From Octopus sinensis (taxonomy: Eukaryota): DNA of 64,000 nucleotides. The translations under genes were made by a program, and so were the position numbers. Location: assembly GCF_006345805.1 (NCBI RefSeq), contig NC_042999.1, positions 113,646,001-113,710,000 on the forward strand, read 5' to 3'. Under the pieces are notes generated by a model. The model worked only from the letters and a program-made list of their open reading frames with translations. It made no database searches and was not told where the DNA came from. Positions 1 to 11,622 of the stretch are shown in pieces (positions within the stretch are counted from its first letter, which is position 1; every line of letters begins with the position of its first letter).

Positions 1-430
1 TGATCTGGCAGAGTTTCTACAGCTTGATGCCCTTCCTAACGCCAACCACTCTGAGTGTGTAGTGGGTGCTTTTTACGTGCCACCAGCACAGGGGCCAATC
101 AGGTGGTGCTGGCAACGACCTCGCTTGAATCTTTTTACACATGCCACCAGCACAGGTGCCAGTAAGGCGATGTTGGTAACGATCATGCTCGGATGGTGCC
201 CTTTTATGTGCCACTGGCACAGAAGCCAGTAGGCTGCTCTGGCAACGATCATGCTCGGATGGTGCTCTTGGCACCCTACTAGCACAGGCACAAGTGCCAG
301 TAAGGCGACGCTGGTAACGATCACGCTCGAGTGCCTTTTAAGTGCCTCTGGCATGGAAGCCGGTTAGCTGCTCTGTCAATGATCACGCTCGTATGGTGCT
401 CTTTGCATCCTGCTAGCACGGACATAGCTG
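1..430 (-). mobile_element. Abundant SINE/RTE-tail-like element (gagtggttggcgttaggaagggcatc family) with an internal minisatellite; runs off the window start
   Basis: Reverse complement of the motif seen at 23570, 24110, 25740 and 37430; recurring acgatca(c/t)gctcg units at 95-430. Confidence 0.75.
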
Positions 431-756
431 AAAAGGGAAGATGAATCCTAGTGAGAGAAGAGATGTACAGGTGTGAAGCCTATATGACAAGAGTGATCTG
501 TACGCCTCTGCAGTTTAAATGGTGGTGATGATCCTGAAAAGGAACTTAAGATTGAATACTAATCAGCTGATCCAGTAGATGGAGGCCACATATCAGTGAA
601 AAGCAGGTGAGCAATGCAGCATAAAACCATTGAGAGGAAGGCTCCAAAATCATGCATGTTCTCTCCTGATGACTCCTAAAACCTACTGATGTTCAGTATG
701 CAGGACTTTTGATTGACAGCACTCACACAAACAAGCTGTTTCCAAGTCTCTATGCA

Positions 757-782
757 TGTACATATATGTGTGCATGTGTATG

Positions 783-813
<31 letters not shown>

Positions 814-850
814 TATATATATATATACATATACATATATACATATACAC

Positions 851-897
<47 letters not shown>

Positions 898-950
898 CAT
901 TATATATATATATATACATATATATAATATATACATATATACATATACAC

Positions 951-981
<31 letters not shown>

Positions 982-1143
982 ATATATATATATATATATA
1001 CATATATACATATACACATATATATATATACATATATATATATATTATATATATATATATATATATACATATATAATATATATACATATAATATATATAT
1101 ATACATATATATATATATACATATATATATATATTATATACAT
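757..1143. repeat. Compound (TA)n/(TACA)n microsatellite
   Basis: Visible directly; it produces the I/Y-rich ORFs at 676-1106. Confidence 0.97.
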
Positions 1144-1149
1144 ATTCTC

Positions 1150-1700
1150 AAATGTCCAAGAGGATCTTTCAAGATAGTAGACAACTTATTACATTGGTGA
1201 TCTAATCTAATTAGCAAGTCTCAAAATATAGTTATTATAAAACAAACTGGTTGCAGAAAGTTCTGAGAACTATTACCTCTGTCAGTAACAAAAGGCCTTT
1301 CCCTCAAAGTAAAAGGCAAATTGTAAGATGCTTGTATACAAACAGCAGTACTACATAATAGTGAAATATGGGTGGTGAATGCATGTGAAGACAAGGAAAA
1401 AATGAATGCTCCATGCTCCACAAGATGTGTAATGTCCATATGTATGTATGACAAAGAGCAAATGTGTAGAGAGAAAGACTGGACACACAGATGTCTGATA
1501 TAATGTACAAAAGAAAAGACACCTGCATAAAGTGCAGGTCACCAAATGTGGATGGAACTTATGAAAGAGGAAGACTCAAGAAGACATGGATCATATTAGT
1601 GAAGTGGTTGAGCCTCAAAGAGCAGATGACAAAAGGCCATGATGAGGACAATTCATGGTGCTCATGGAGACCTATCCAGCTCAGCAAAAATGAGTCCTAA
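1150..1700 (+). mobile_element. Decayed RTE-clade LINE, 3' part of the RT ORF
   Basis: Interrupted translation RKF*ELLPLSVTKGLSLKVKGKL*DACIQTAVLHNSEIW and CIKCRSPNVDGTYERGRLKKTW matches the RTE C-terminal pattern (GRGRPKKTW). Confidence 0.8.
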
Positions 1701-2877
1701 AAGCATATTGTTCCTGTTGATGCTCTCACACCCAATCGCTATCTGTCAAGAGAGAGAGAGAGAGAGAAGAGATGCAATTTAGATAAAATTAGATTAATTT
1801 TTTGTAGACAAACTTCCAAGAAATGGATGAATAATAAATGCTTAAATAATCTCTATTAGGTGCATATTATAAGTCTTGCTTGATAGGATTCATTGATAAT
1901 GTGTATATCACTTACAATGTATGTACAAACATAGAATGATGCTAGTTGTAAAATTCAATGCTTTACAATATGTAAAACCATTAGATATTTAAAAAATAAA
2001 ATAATGAAAAGGTAAATTACTTTATTCCTTTTTCTTCAAATTAAGAAAATAAAAAAAGATTTTCTACAAAATACTAAATCATAAATTTATAGAACTTCTA
2101 AAATTTTATTACAAAATATTGCTTTGGGGTTTATAAGTATCAACAATGTCACACACCAAATCTAAGTGTTATGCAAATGAAATAATAAATGAAAATTCAT
2201 TGTTGGAATATTTATTCAAATATTTACATAGAAGATATTTTTTTTTCTTTCTTTGTTTCAATTATTATTATTATTATTATTATTATTTATTTATCAATAG
2301 TAATAATGGTTAAAAATGCAGGGTTTGCTTTGTCTCGTCTACAATCTAGTTTGGCTAAAGCTTTACCCGAGAATGTAAGCAGTCAGAGTTTACAACTACC
2401 GTAATAAAAGACTTCCAAATTAAAAGTCCTTTATTATTCAAAAATTATTTTATTTTTGTTTTTTCAATTTGTTTTATGAACAGAAAAAAATGTAAAACAA
2501 AAAAAAATATATATATATATAAAAAAACCAATTATAATAAAACAATAGAAATAATAGAATCATAATAATGATGACAATAATAATAATAATAACCAATGCC
2601 ATTCCAGAGTCATTTTGCAGCTTGATCCTAAGATTCAGATCAAACTTCCGTTAGCAAGAAAAAAAGAGAGGGGGGTTGGGGAGTGGGGGCAGTAGAAGTT
2701 CACCTTGTGTATTGATGTTTGGTCAAAACATTAAAAGAAAACACAGAAAACAGTCAATGACAGATAAGTTAATAAAGACTCCATGGAATCACAATGAATA
2801 CATATGTGCTTCGTAGTTCACTTACAAAGGGTTTTAAACACATTTAGCTTCAGACATCGTATAACAACAATAATAAT

Positions 2878-3090
2878 CCTTTCTACTATAGGGCACATGA
2901 CCTGAAATTTGAAGGGAGGAGACTAGTCGATTATATTGACCCCAGTGCTTCACTGGTACTTAATTTATCAACCCTGAAAGGATGAAAGTCAAATTTGACC
3001 TCGGCGGAATTTGAACTTAGAACGTAGCGACAGGCAAAATACTGTTAAGCATTTTGACCAGCATGCTAATGATTTTGCAAGCTCACTGCC
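2878..3090 (-). mobile_element. SINE copy (ggcacaaggcctgaaatt / ggtacttattttatcgacc family)
   Basis: Same sequence recurs at about 3275, 5621, 5768, 19105-19570, 35805 and 53545. Confidence 0.8.
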
Positions 3091-3274
3091 TCAAAAATAA
3101 TGATAATTATTAATTTAGGCACTAGGCCACAAATCTAGAAGGGAGAGGAGTTTGTTGACTTATATCAACTGCTAATACTTGATTGGTACCTTATTTTTAT
3201 CAATCACAAACATAATAATAATAATAATGATGAAAGGTGGATCACAGTTGGTCTCGGAGAAATAATGGTTTTTA

Positions 3275-3990
3275 ATTTTGGCACAAGGCCAGCAACTTTA
3301 AGGGCAGAGTTAAATTAATTACCATAACCCCAGGAATCAACTGGTACTAATTTTATCGACCTTGAAAGGATGAAAGGCAAAGCTGGCCTTGGCAGAATTT
3401 GAACTCAGAACATAAGGAGAGTAAAGGTTTTAGGTAAATTCCACCACGGTGCATTCCACCATGGTAAATTTTACCCATAGACAGACTTCCAATAGAAGCT
3501 GCTTCCACTAATAATCACATTGGTCAGTTTCTTTAGACTGTGGGTCAATACTTATGTTATTTAATCGGTCCGTCTCTCAAGTCTTAAGAAGAGAGAGAGA
3601 GAGAGAGGGAGAGAGAGATTCTAAAGGTGAGATAGAAAATAATCTTTATAATCTAACTTGAATTGAAATGGAATCACTTTAATGTCCTCTCATTCTTTGT
3701 GTGATTGTTCCTTAATTATTTTTTCTCCCTCATATTTTTTGCATTCATTCACATTATTAATATTGTTTTTCATGCATTCCTTTTTTTTTTTATTTCCATA
3801 ATATTGTAACCCATATAATATAATAATAATAATAATAATTTCACCTATGGTGAAATTTACCATGGTGGAATATACCTATGGTGAAATTTACTTGGTGGAA
3901 TTTTCCGTGGTGGAATTTACTGGTCACCTAGTAAAATGTTACTAAGCATTCTGTCCAGTATGTTAATGATTCTGTCAGCTCATCACCTTA
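3275..3990 (-). mobile_element. SINE copy of the same family, interrupted by an insertion at 3426-3928
   Basis: gaactcagaacataaggagagtaaa resumes as tagtaaaatgttactaagcattctgtcc after the insert. Confidence 0.75.
3426..3928. mobile_element. Non-autonomous DNA transposon (MITE-like) with imperfect TIRs and subterminal repeats
   Basis: Left end ggttttaggtaaattccaccacgg versus reverse complement of right end ggtgaccagtaaattccaccacgg; flanks gagtaaa and tagtaaa. Confidence 0.7.
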
Positions 3991-5620
3991 AGTTTCAGAG
4001 AAATAATAACTCCTTTTGATTAAGAAGAAGGTCAACTTTTGCAGGAGAAGGGGCTATAATACATTGAACTAATTGCAGCATGGTACTGGCCCTTATTTTA
4101 ACAACTGTCACTCTCACCACACTGTCCAAATGTAAAGTCAGCTTCAGAGAAATCAAGAATAGACAAAATGTACTGGCCAGATTAGAATAATAATGATTGC
4201 AAACATAGGCACAAGATCACAAATTTTGATGGTCCAGTATATAACTATAGTATCGGTTGTAGATTAAAACAGGTCTGTCATTGGTTCCGTGCAATCTTGA
4301 TGGTGGGAATGACAAGGAACTGCCTGTTTCATTTAGGTGGAATAACTACCAGACAATATTTTTGTCTGACACACTAATTCAACTATTTCTTGTTAATGTG
4401 TATATAGTTTGGCTACACACACAGATGTACGAGTGAGTGGACAAATGGAAGAAAGTGATATTCAACACATTTGGTAGTAGTTACATATAATATTTAATAA
4501 CAGTTTGATTCAGTACCATGCAACTTAAAGTTTCAAATGATCATCAAACAAATCTATCTTGTCAGACTCAAAGAAATGAATTTGGCTTCTACAATCCTTA
4601 CAGGACAGATTCACTTAATAAGCTTACAAAACTTTAGGTTGCACTGAGCCAAATCAAACTGTTATTAAGTATTATATATATATATATATATAATAATTCT
4701 ACCAGAAGTGTGGTGACAGTGCCTTTGAAGTTTCATCAGGCCAATGATGGCTTGCAGGCCAAAACTTCAAAGTTAATAAACAAAACCTCTATAAAAAGTA
4801 TTGAGTAATTGTTCAGGTTAACATAAAATTGTTTTTATTATAACAACATAAAAGCAAACATTAAAACACACACACACAATGTGGTTGTGTGGAATTAAGC
4901 TTGCTTCGTTGCCATTCTCAAATTTTATTCTTATTGCATGTCACCTTAGCAAATTAATTTCTGCTGCAGCCCCAAATCAACTGATGCACTGTTAGTGAAA
5001 GTAATTGACAGAAATTGCATGGAAGTCAGCCTTATACACACACACACACACACACAGACATGTACACAATGGATTTCAGCACAGTTTCTGTCTAAAAGAT
5101 TCCACTCAAAAAGCATTGGTCAATGAGACACTATCATAGCTGAATGCCCAAGGTGCCCATTTTAACCATATAGCTACCTCTGAATACTGGCCTTCATTCT
5201 TATCAACAACCACCAACACAAACAGTGTGGAAATAAAGAGTAAACTTTGATGAAACCTAGAATTTTCTATTATCTTGATCCAATGATGAAGATAATCATG
5301 AAAATAATTTCTAACATAGGTACAGAGCCATAAATGTAGAGGGAAGGGTTACTCAAGTAAATCAGTCTCAATATTTGACTGGTACTTTTACTGGTAAAGA
5401 AGAAAGAAAAACAAAGTTGAATCTCAGTACATACAGTATTATAACTAAATGCTGCAATTATTTTGTCTAATGCTTTACTGATTCTGCCAAAACACTGCCC
5501 TGTTACTATAGACAATTGGGTAAAAAGAAAAATTTAAACATTGTATTCTAGATACAACATTGGTCCCAGTCAAACAGCATTCTGGATAAAGTATAGCAGA
5601 AAAATATGATGATAATGATT

Positions 5621-5900
5621 TTCTCTACTATAGGTACAGGGCCTGAAATTTTGGAAGAGGGGACTATCTGATTACATCAACGCTGGTGCTCAATTGGTAC
5701 TTATTTCATTGACCCTGAGAGGAGGAAAGGCAAAGTCTATCTCGGCAGAATATATAATAATAATAATCTTTTCTATTAAAGGCACAAGGCCTGAAATTTT
5801 GGGTGAGGGGATAAGTCAATTACATCACACCAGTGTTCAACTGGTACTTATTTTATCAACCCCAAAAGGTTGAAAGGCAAAGTCGACCTTGGCGGAATAT
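5621..5900 (-). mobile_element. Two tandem truncated SINE copies (5621-5751, 5768-5898)
   Basis: Both align to the 2878-3090 copy and both stop at ggc(a/g)gaat. Confidence 0.75.
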
Positions 5901-8340
5901 ATAATAATAGTAATGATGATTTCTAATACTGACACAAAGCCAGACATTTTGTGGGGAGATTGTTTTCACTGACTTTCAGTACTGGGTTGATACTTTTAAA
6001 GATACTAATTTAAAATATAGCCTACTTAACAGGATGTGAAATTAGTTTATGGTTTATTTTTGCTTGATAGCCCCAACAGACATGTTCTTTTGAGAGAGAC
6101 AGCTAATCCACAAAGCAGAGCTGCAATGTTCAAAACAAAAATCTTGATTTTCTTGCTCTCAGCCAAAAAGAAAATTGCAAGAGTAGCTTCCCTTTATAAT
6201 TCACATGGTATTTGTACGTGAATGTATGTGAAAGATGTGCAGTGATCAGTTGCACTACAAATAATATATTGCCTCCCAAACAAAAACCATCATTTGTTCT
6301 GCAGCCAACAATCCAGTATTTCCCACCATCATGCATCGATTTTAAATGAGAGATTTCCAGTGATTCGATGTGAGCCAAGATCTTCCTAAGAACTTGCCCA
6401 TCCTTGTGAAGAGGAAGTAATCAATATTTTCTAAAAAGTTAATAATTTCAGTTAAACAAAATATATTTCATGTATTTTAGATAAGTGAAAACATGTATTT
6501 GATGGTGAATACCACAACCCACTGGGTACCGCAAAGGATTTTATCTTCATACAGCACATACAGGTCAAGTCAACTTGACACAGTCTATCCCATTCTATAT
6601 TGAATGTACAAGGATTACTGCATTTAGCACAATAATTTTATTGTTCTTCAGCTGCATAAAGCAGTGAGCTTGTTGCACACTATGCTTTGTTATTTCTCAA
6701 CAAGTGAGCTGAGAGGGACAATTTGAGAGTTATGTGCCTTGGTTACAAATAGAGAAGAGAGCATTAGACAGCACAAGTCAGCACTTCAGTATGATTTAGT
6801 GATTCCCTATTATCACACTCTCTTGTGCATATATCAACTTGGTAAATAAACAACACAGTCCAGCTGATACTTGAAAGTCTGTAGTTTGTATCTATCTACC
6901 TAGATAATCTTTTCTTGAACCAAAAGAGCTCAGATGTAGAATCTTTTTTTCGTCACATATCCAAAACATTAAACAGATAAGACAGTTCAAGTGACCAGAC
7001 TATTACCAATAGCATCTTTAGCTGTCCAGCTATCTACTTTTCAGCAGGCTAAATAAAACGCATTTAAATACAAATGATGTCAGCACTTAGTTTTAAACAC
7101 TAGACTTCTGTTTATAGATGTAGCTTATAATAACAAAGCTACAGTGTCTCTGAGATGGTATACTGGTCAATTCCAGTTAATATTCCAACCTTCCCAAAAC
7201 TTGTTAGGGAAAGAAATGATGCCAAAGTGGTTACAATTGGGCACCAAATTATGCTCTTAGATTTGGTCCACTAGTAGCTTAATAAAATTCACTAGAAGAG
7301 AACAGCATTTTTTAGGACAAATAAGAACAATTTAAGCCTACATTTTAATCTTCCCAATGTTGAAGCAAGTTCACAAGATATGTTTTCAGCTGATTTAATG
7401 AATATCTGAAGCAAAGAATAATTAATTAGTGCCAGAATACCATGGCCAAAATTAATAGTAGAAAAAATTATTATCATCATGGTCTTTAGATTTGTTTAAG
7501 TCACATTTGTTAATCCTCACCCACCAGTCATTAATAACTCCAAATGGCCCTTAAAACATGAAAAGAAGAGGATAAGCCAATAATCCACCACAACCACTCG
7601 AAGAGAAAGATTAAATGTTATTCTAGAGATCCACACTTGAAACCCACCATTCCTAAATGTTTTTGTTACCAGATTTCTGCTGAAGTACACCTTTCTTATT
7701 TCAATTAATTTCCGAAATAATGAAGTTATTATTAAGCTGATGTTTGGAACACAAATTAGCATGACATTTTTAAAAGAAATTCTAATTTAGATTACTTTTG
7801 AATCAGGAATTTTGTACCATAGAACCAAGGACAGTCTTAGGTGGGTTGGTATCAAACGAATTGATAGTACAATAGATAGTCTAGCTAAACAATATACAGA
7901 GTTACAGATTAATATTCTGATTGTAGATAATTTTCAACATACTAGCAATTAAAAATGGAAATAAAATTGAAAAAAACATGTAATTTCTTGTTAATAAAAA
8001 GACAATACAGTGGAATTGGTGTTTAGAGTTAGTAAAAAAAATGTTTTTTTCTCCCTATTATCACACTGTCAGCCATCACTATATATAAAAAAAAAAAAGG
8101 AATTAAGCACATATGTGTTCACATGATGAAACCACATACCATTGTATCTGTGTGTTTATCTGCAGGTATATATACATATGTGTGTGTGTGTATGTATATA
8201 TATATATATAACCATCCTTTTATATCCATTTTTCTCATTGTAGCAGGAGTTAGAGTAAGACAGGTCTTGTGTGTATACATACACACACGTTTGTGTGATG
8301 TGTGTATGTTTATATATCTGTGTACATATGTGTGTGCATG

Positions 8341-8394
<54 letters not shown>

Positions 8395-9177
8395 CACACA
8401 CACATACACACATGTAAAAAGTGATGTGTATAAACGTTTGTGTGTGTGTGTTTACACACCTAAATTTTCTAAGTTACAAATACAAAATACCTGGCCAGCA
8501 AGCATTACAAAGATTAAACATATTTCAAGGCTGGAGAAAGCTTTTTCAAACATCTTTATCAATAGAAGTCTGCAGTTTGGTCTCAGTTTCCAATTAGTTG
8601 ATCCATATCAAACTTGCACAGCAAGATTCATTTTATTATTTTCAGTTAATTTTATTTCACCCCAATCTCTTTTCTTAAAACAAAAATTTAAACATTTTTG
8701 AGATATGCCTTTTTTTTAAACTTTCTTTTTTCTTGTCCTGGTGAAATTATTGTCCATTAATTTATAATCCAAACTTATCCAAATATCAATCCATTCTTTT
8801 AACAATGTTTTTATGTTTCTCAGTAAGTGAACATGAGATATCTCCCTGCAGAACTACATGCAATTAAACCTCTGTTCCTTAGACATAGAAACACACACAC
8901 ACAAACACACATCTATATCCAGATACAGGCATTACACAATGCAGAGAACATCACTGAGACACACCGTCCATGAATTCCAGAAGTTCCCTATATAACTATA
9001 ATTGAAGTGTCCAATTAGCAAACACTGCTTCAGACTAGAGCAAAGGTAGGAAAGCAAGGACAGTGTAAAACAATGATCAGACAGAGTTGACAATGAAGAT
9101 GTTGGTTATTACCAAGTTTAGTAGTTGGTATACAATCGCATAATCTGGCTAGTGTAGTCTCTGTTGTATTATATTAG

Positions 9178-9235
<58 letters not shown>

Positions 9236-9399
9236 GGAATAAAGACCCCCTTCAGTCATGAATGACCATGGGATGCACCTAGAAAGTTTGCTTCCAAGGC
9301 ACAAGTCTGGGCAAGGTTGTTTATGGAAGACCAGCAGTCGCCCATGCATACCAGCTTCCCCTCTCCACACCACTGATGTTATCCAAGGGAAAAGCAAAG

Positions 9400-9565
9400 A
9401 CTTATGCAGCTTGGCACCAGTGATGTCACTACTTATTCCTGCAGCTGGGTGAACTGAAAGCAACATGAAATAAAGTGTCTTGCTCAAGAACACAACACAC
9501 AGCCCTGTCTGGGAGTCGAACTCACTACCTCATGATCGTGAACCCAACACTCTAACCACTGAGCT
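9400..9565 (-). mobile_element. tRNA-headed SINE (older copy)
   Basis: Minus strand reads ggtgcatagctcagtggttag (A box), gagttcgactccc (B box), then gtgttcttgagcaagacac; related copy at 54502-54790 (+). Confidence 0.75.
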
Positions 9566-9611
9566 ATGCACCTTACTCTTTTACCATATATATGTTTTTG
9601 TTTTTGTTTTT

Positions 9612-9818
9612 CCAGTTTCAGCTCTTGAGCTGTGGCCATGCTGGGGCACCGCCATTGTGGTGAAAGAGTACAGCAGGGATCACCACCCCCTGCCGGAGCC
9701 TCGTAGAGCTTTTAGGTGTTTTCGCTCAATAAACACACACAACGCCCAGTCTGAGAATCGAAACCGCGATCCTGCGACCGCGAGTCCGCTGCCCTAACCA
9801 CTAGGCCATTGCGCCTCT

Positions 9819-9820
<2 letters not shown>
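9612..9820 (-). mobile_element. Young CpG-rich tRNA-derived SINE
   Basis: A box TGGCCTAGTGG (9808-9798), B-box-like GGTTTCGATTCT (about 9765-9754), about 13 intact CpG. Confidence 0.8.
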
Positions 9821-9878
<58 letters not shown>

Positions 9879-10028
9879 CACAGTGTTTTATACATTTTTA
9901 TATCAAAAACACACTCTCTCTCAAAAGAAATGATATACATATAATTCTCAAATGCATTTATACAAATACACATATACACACACATAGATGAATGCATATA
10001 TAGATACATTTTTACTCAAACTTATGTT

Positions 10029-10083
<55 letters not shown>

Positions 10084-10497
10084 TGCAAGTGTGTATACTA
10101 GCACACATGTACATGTTTCCATATGTGCATGTAACTTTTTAAACATACATGTACATACAACATTACAAGTACATGCATTTACACAGTCAAGTAGATAGAC
10201 AAATAGATATGTATATAATGTTAAATAGACAGATAAATATATGGTAGACCGACAGATATACGAGCAGACATTTAGTTGTGTATAGAGTAATATCAGTAGT
10301 AGTGAAGAACATACTAATAACCCAAGGCTGTTCTACTTTCCAGTTCCACATATATATAATATGCATGAAACTGAAGGAGGCTAACTATGAAGGTCCAGAA
10401 ATGCACTGAACACATTGTATTGTTGCTTGGTGAAAAAACCTTTGCAATAAAGTCAATGTAATTGAATAACAAACAACAAATACATACACAGTAAAAA

Positions 10498-10545
<48 letters not shown>

Positions 10546-10655
10546 TATATATATAAAATAATTGGTATTGATAATAAAAAAAAATTAAATAATAATGATG
10601 ATGACAACAACAACAACAATAATAATAATAATAATGATTAATAATAATAATAATG

Positions 10656-10695
<40 letters not shown>

Positions 10696-10735
10696 TAATA
10701 ATAATAATATAATGATAATATTATTATTATTGATA
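9821..10735. repeat. Cluster of (TA)n arrays (about 9822-9870, 10035-10080, 10506-10553) and an (AAC)/(AAT)n array (about 10590-10732)
   Basis: Visible directly. Confidence 0.9.
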
Positions 10736-11574
10736 AATAAAAATTGTTATAATTGTAACTGCTGAATCACAGAAGCAAAGATTTTTGTTTTAGTTTTATC
10801 TTGTTCAAGTACATGTGTAGAAGAATGGGGAAGGGTTCTTTGAAGGAATTGGAAATTGTTTTAGTCCTTTGAGGAGGCTTTTTATCCATTGCCTCCAACA
10901 TTTTCCTTTACCATTTATTTCACTGTCTTTTGTTGTTGCTGTTTTGACATTTTTCTTCTTCATCTGGTTGTTTTTCTTTTAAATTTATTTATTAGCTCAA
11001 AAAAAAAAAAAAAACCATGGTGCACCACAGATCATTTATTGTTTATATGGGTCTTTTTTTTTTATATATATCAAGAACAACAACAATTTTTTTTTTTTCT
11101 GAATGTGAACATTGGTTCGGTGTGTGTTTGTGTGTGTATATGTTGGTGGGGATGAGGCTAAAGCCATTTGAACATGTTGCAAACTGACCCTTGCAGAATT
11201 GTTGTTTAAGTTGTTTCTCATACAGAGTAAGTGGAAGGAATGGGAACAGTGGGGTACGAAGAGAAAATAGAGGGAAGAGGAGAAATTAAAAAGGAAAATA
11301 AAAGATCAGACCACATCTTTTACCTCTGAGTTTCCATCCCCCAAGACATCCTCTTTTCCCCCACCAGCCACCTCTCCCTGCAATTTTTTTTTTAAATACT
11401 TTTCATTCATAGTTCTTATTTCTGTTATCTGACTCAGTTCATCTGTAAAATTCTTCAGTGCTCAAGAACTTTACTTCATAGAGACAAAGACAAAGAGGCC
11501 TGCCACATTTAAGCATCATTTTTCTCTCACATTTCAAAAGATTTTCAGTTTCAAATCCATTACATACACACATA

Positions 11575-11622
<48 letters not shown>

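Noticed and set aside
676-1106. Cluster of I/Y/C/V-rich ORFs (also 8119-8701, 9794-10009, 22463-23058, 33961-34155, 41641-42001)
   Set aside because: Translations of (TA)n/(CA)n microsatellites, which lack stops in several frames; no coding signal.
6130-6400. Minus-strand ORF with an acceptor-like ttacttcctcttcacAG near 6410
   Set aside because: No recognisable protein similarity, no convincing donor and no partner exons.
9750-9815. tRNA gene call for the tRNA-like heads (also 9500-9565 and 54505-54570)
   Set aside because: They continue into repeat bodies and I could not fold a full cloverleaf with an acceptor stem; they are SINE heads.
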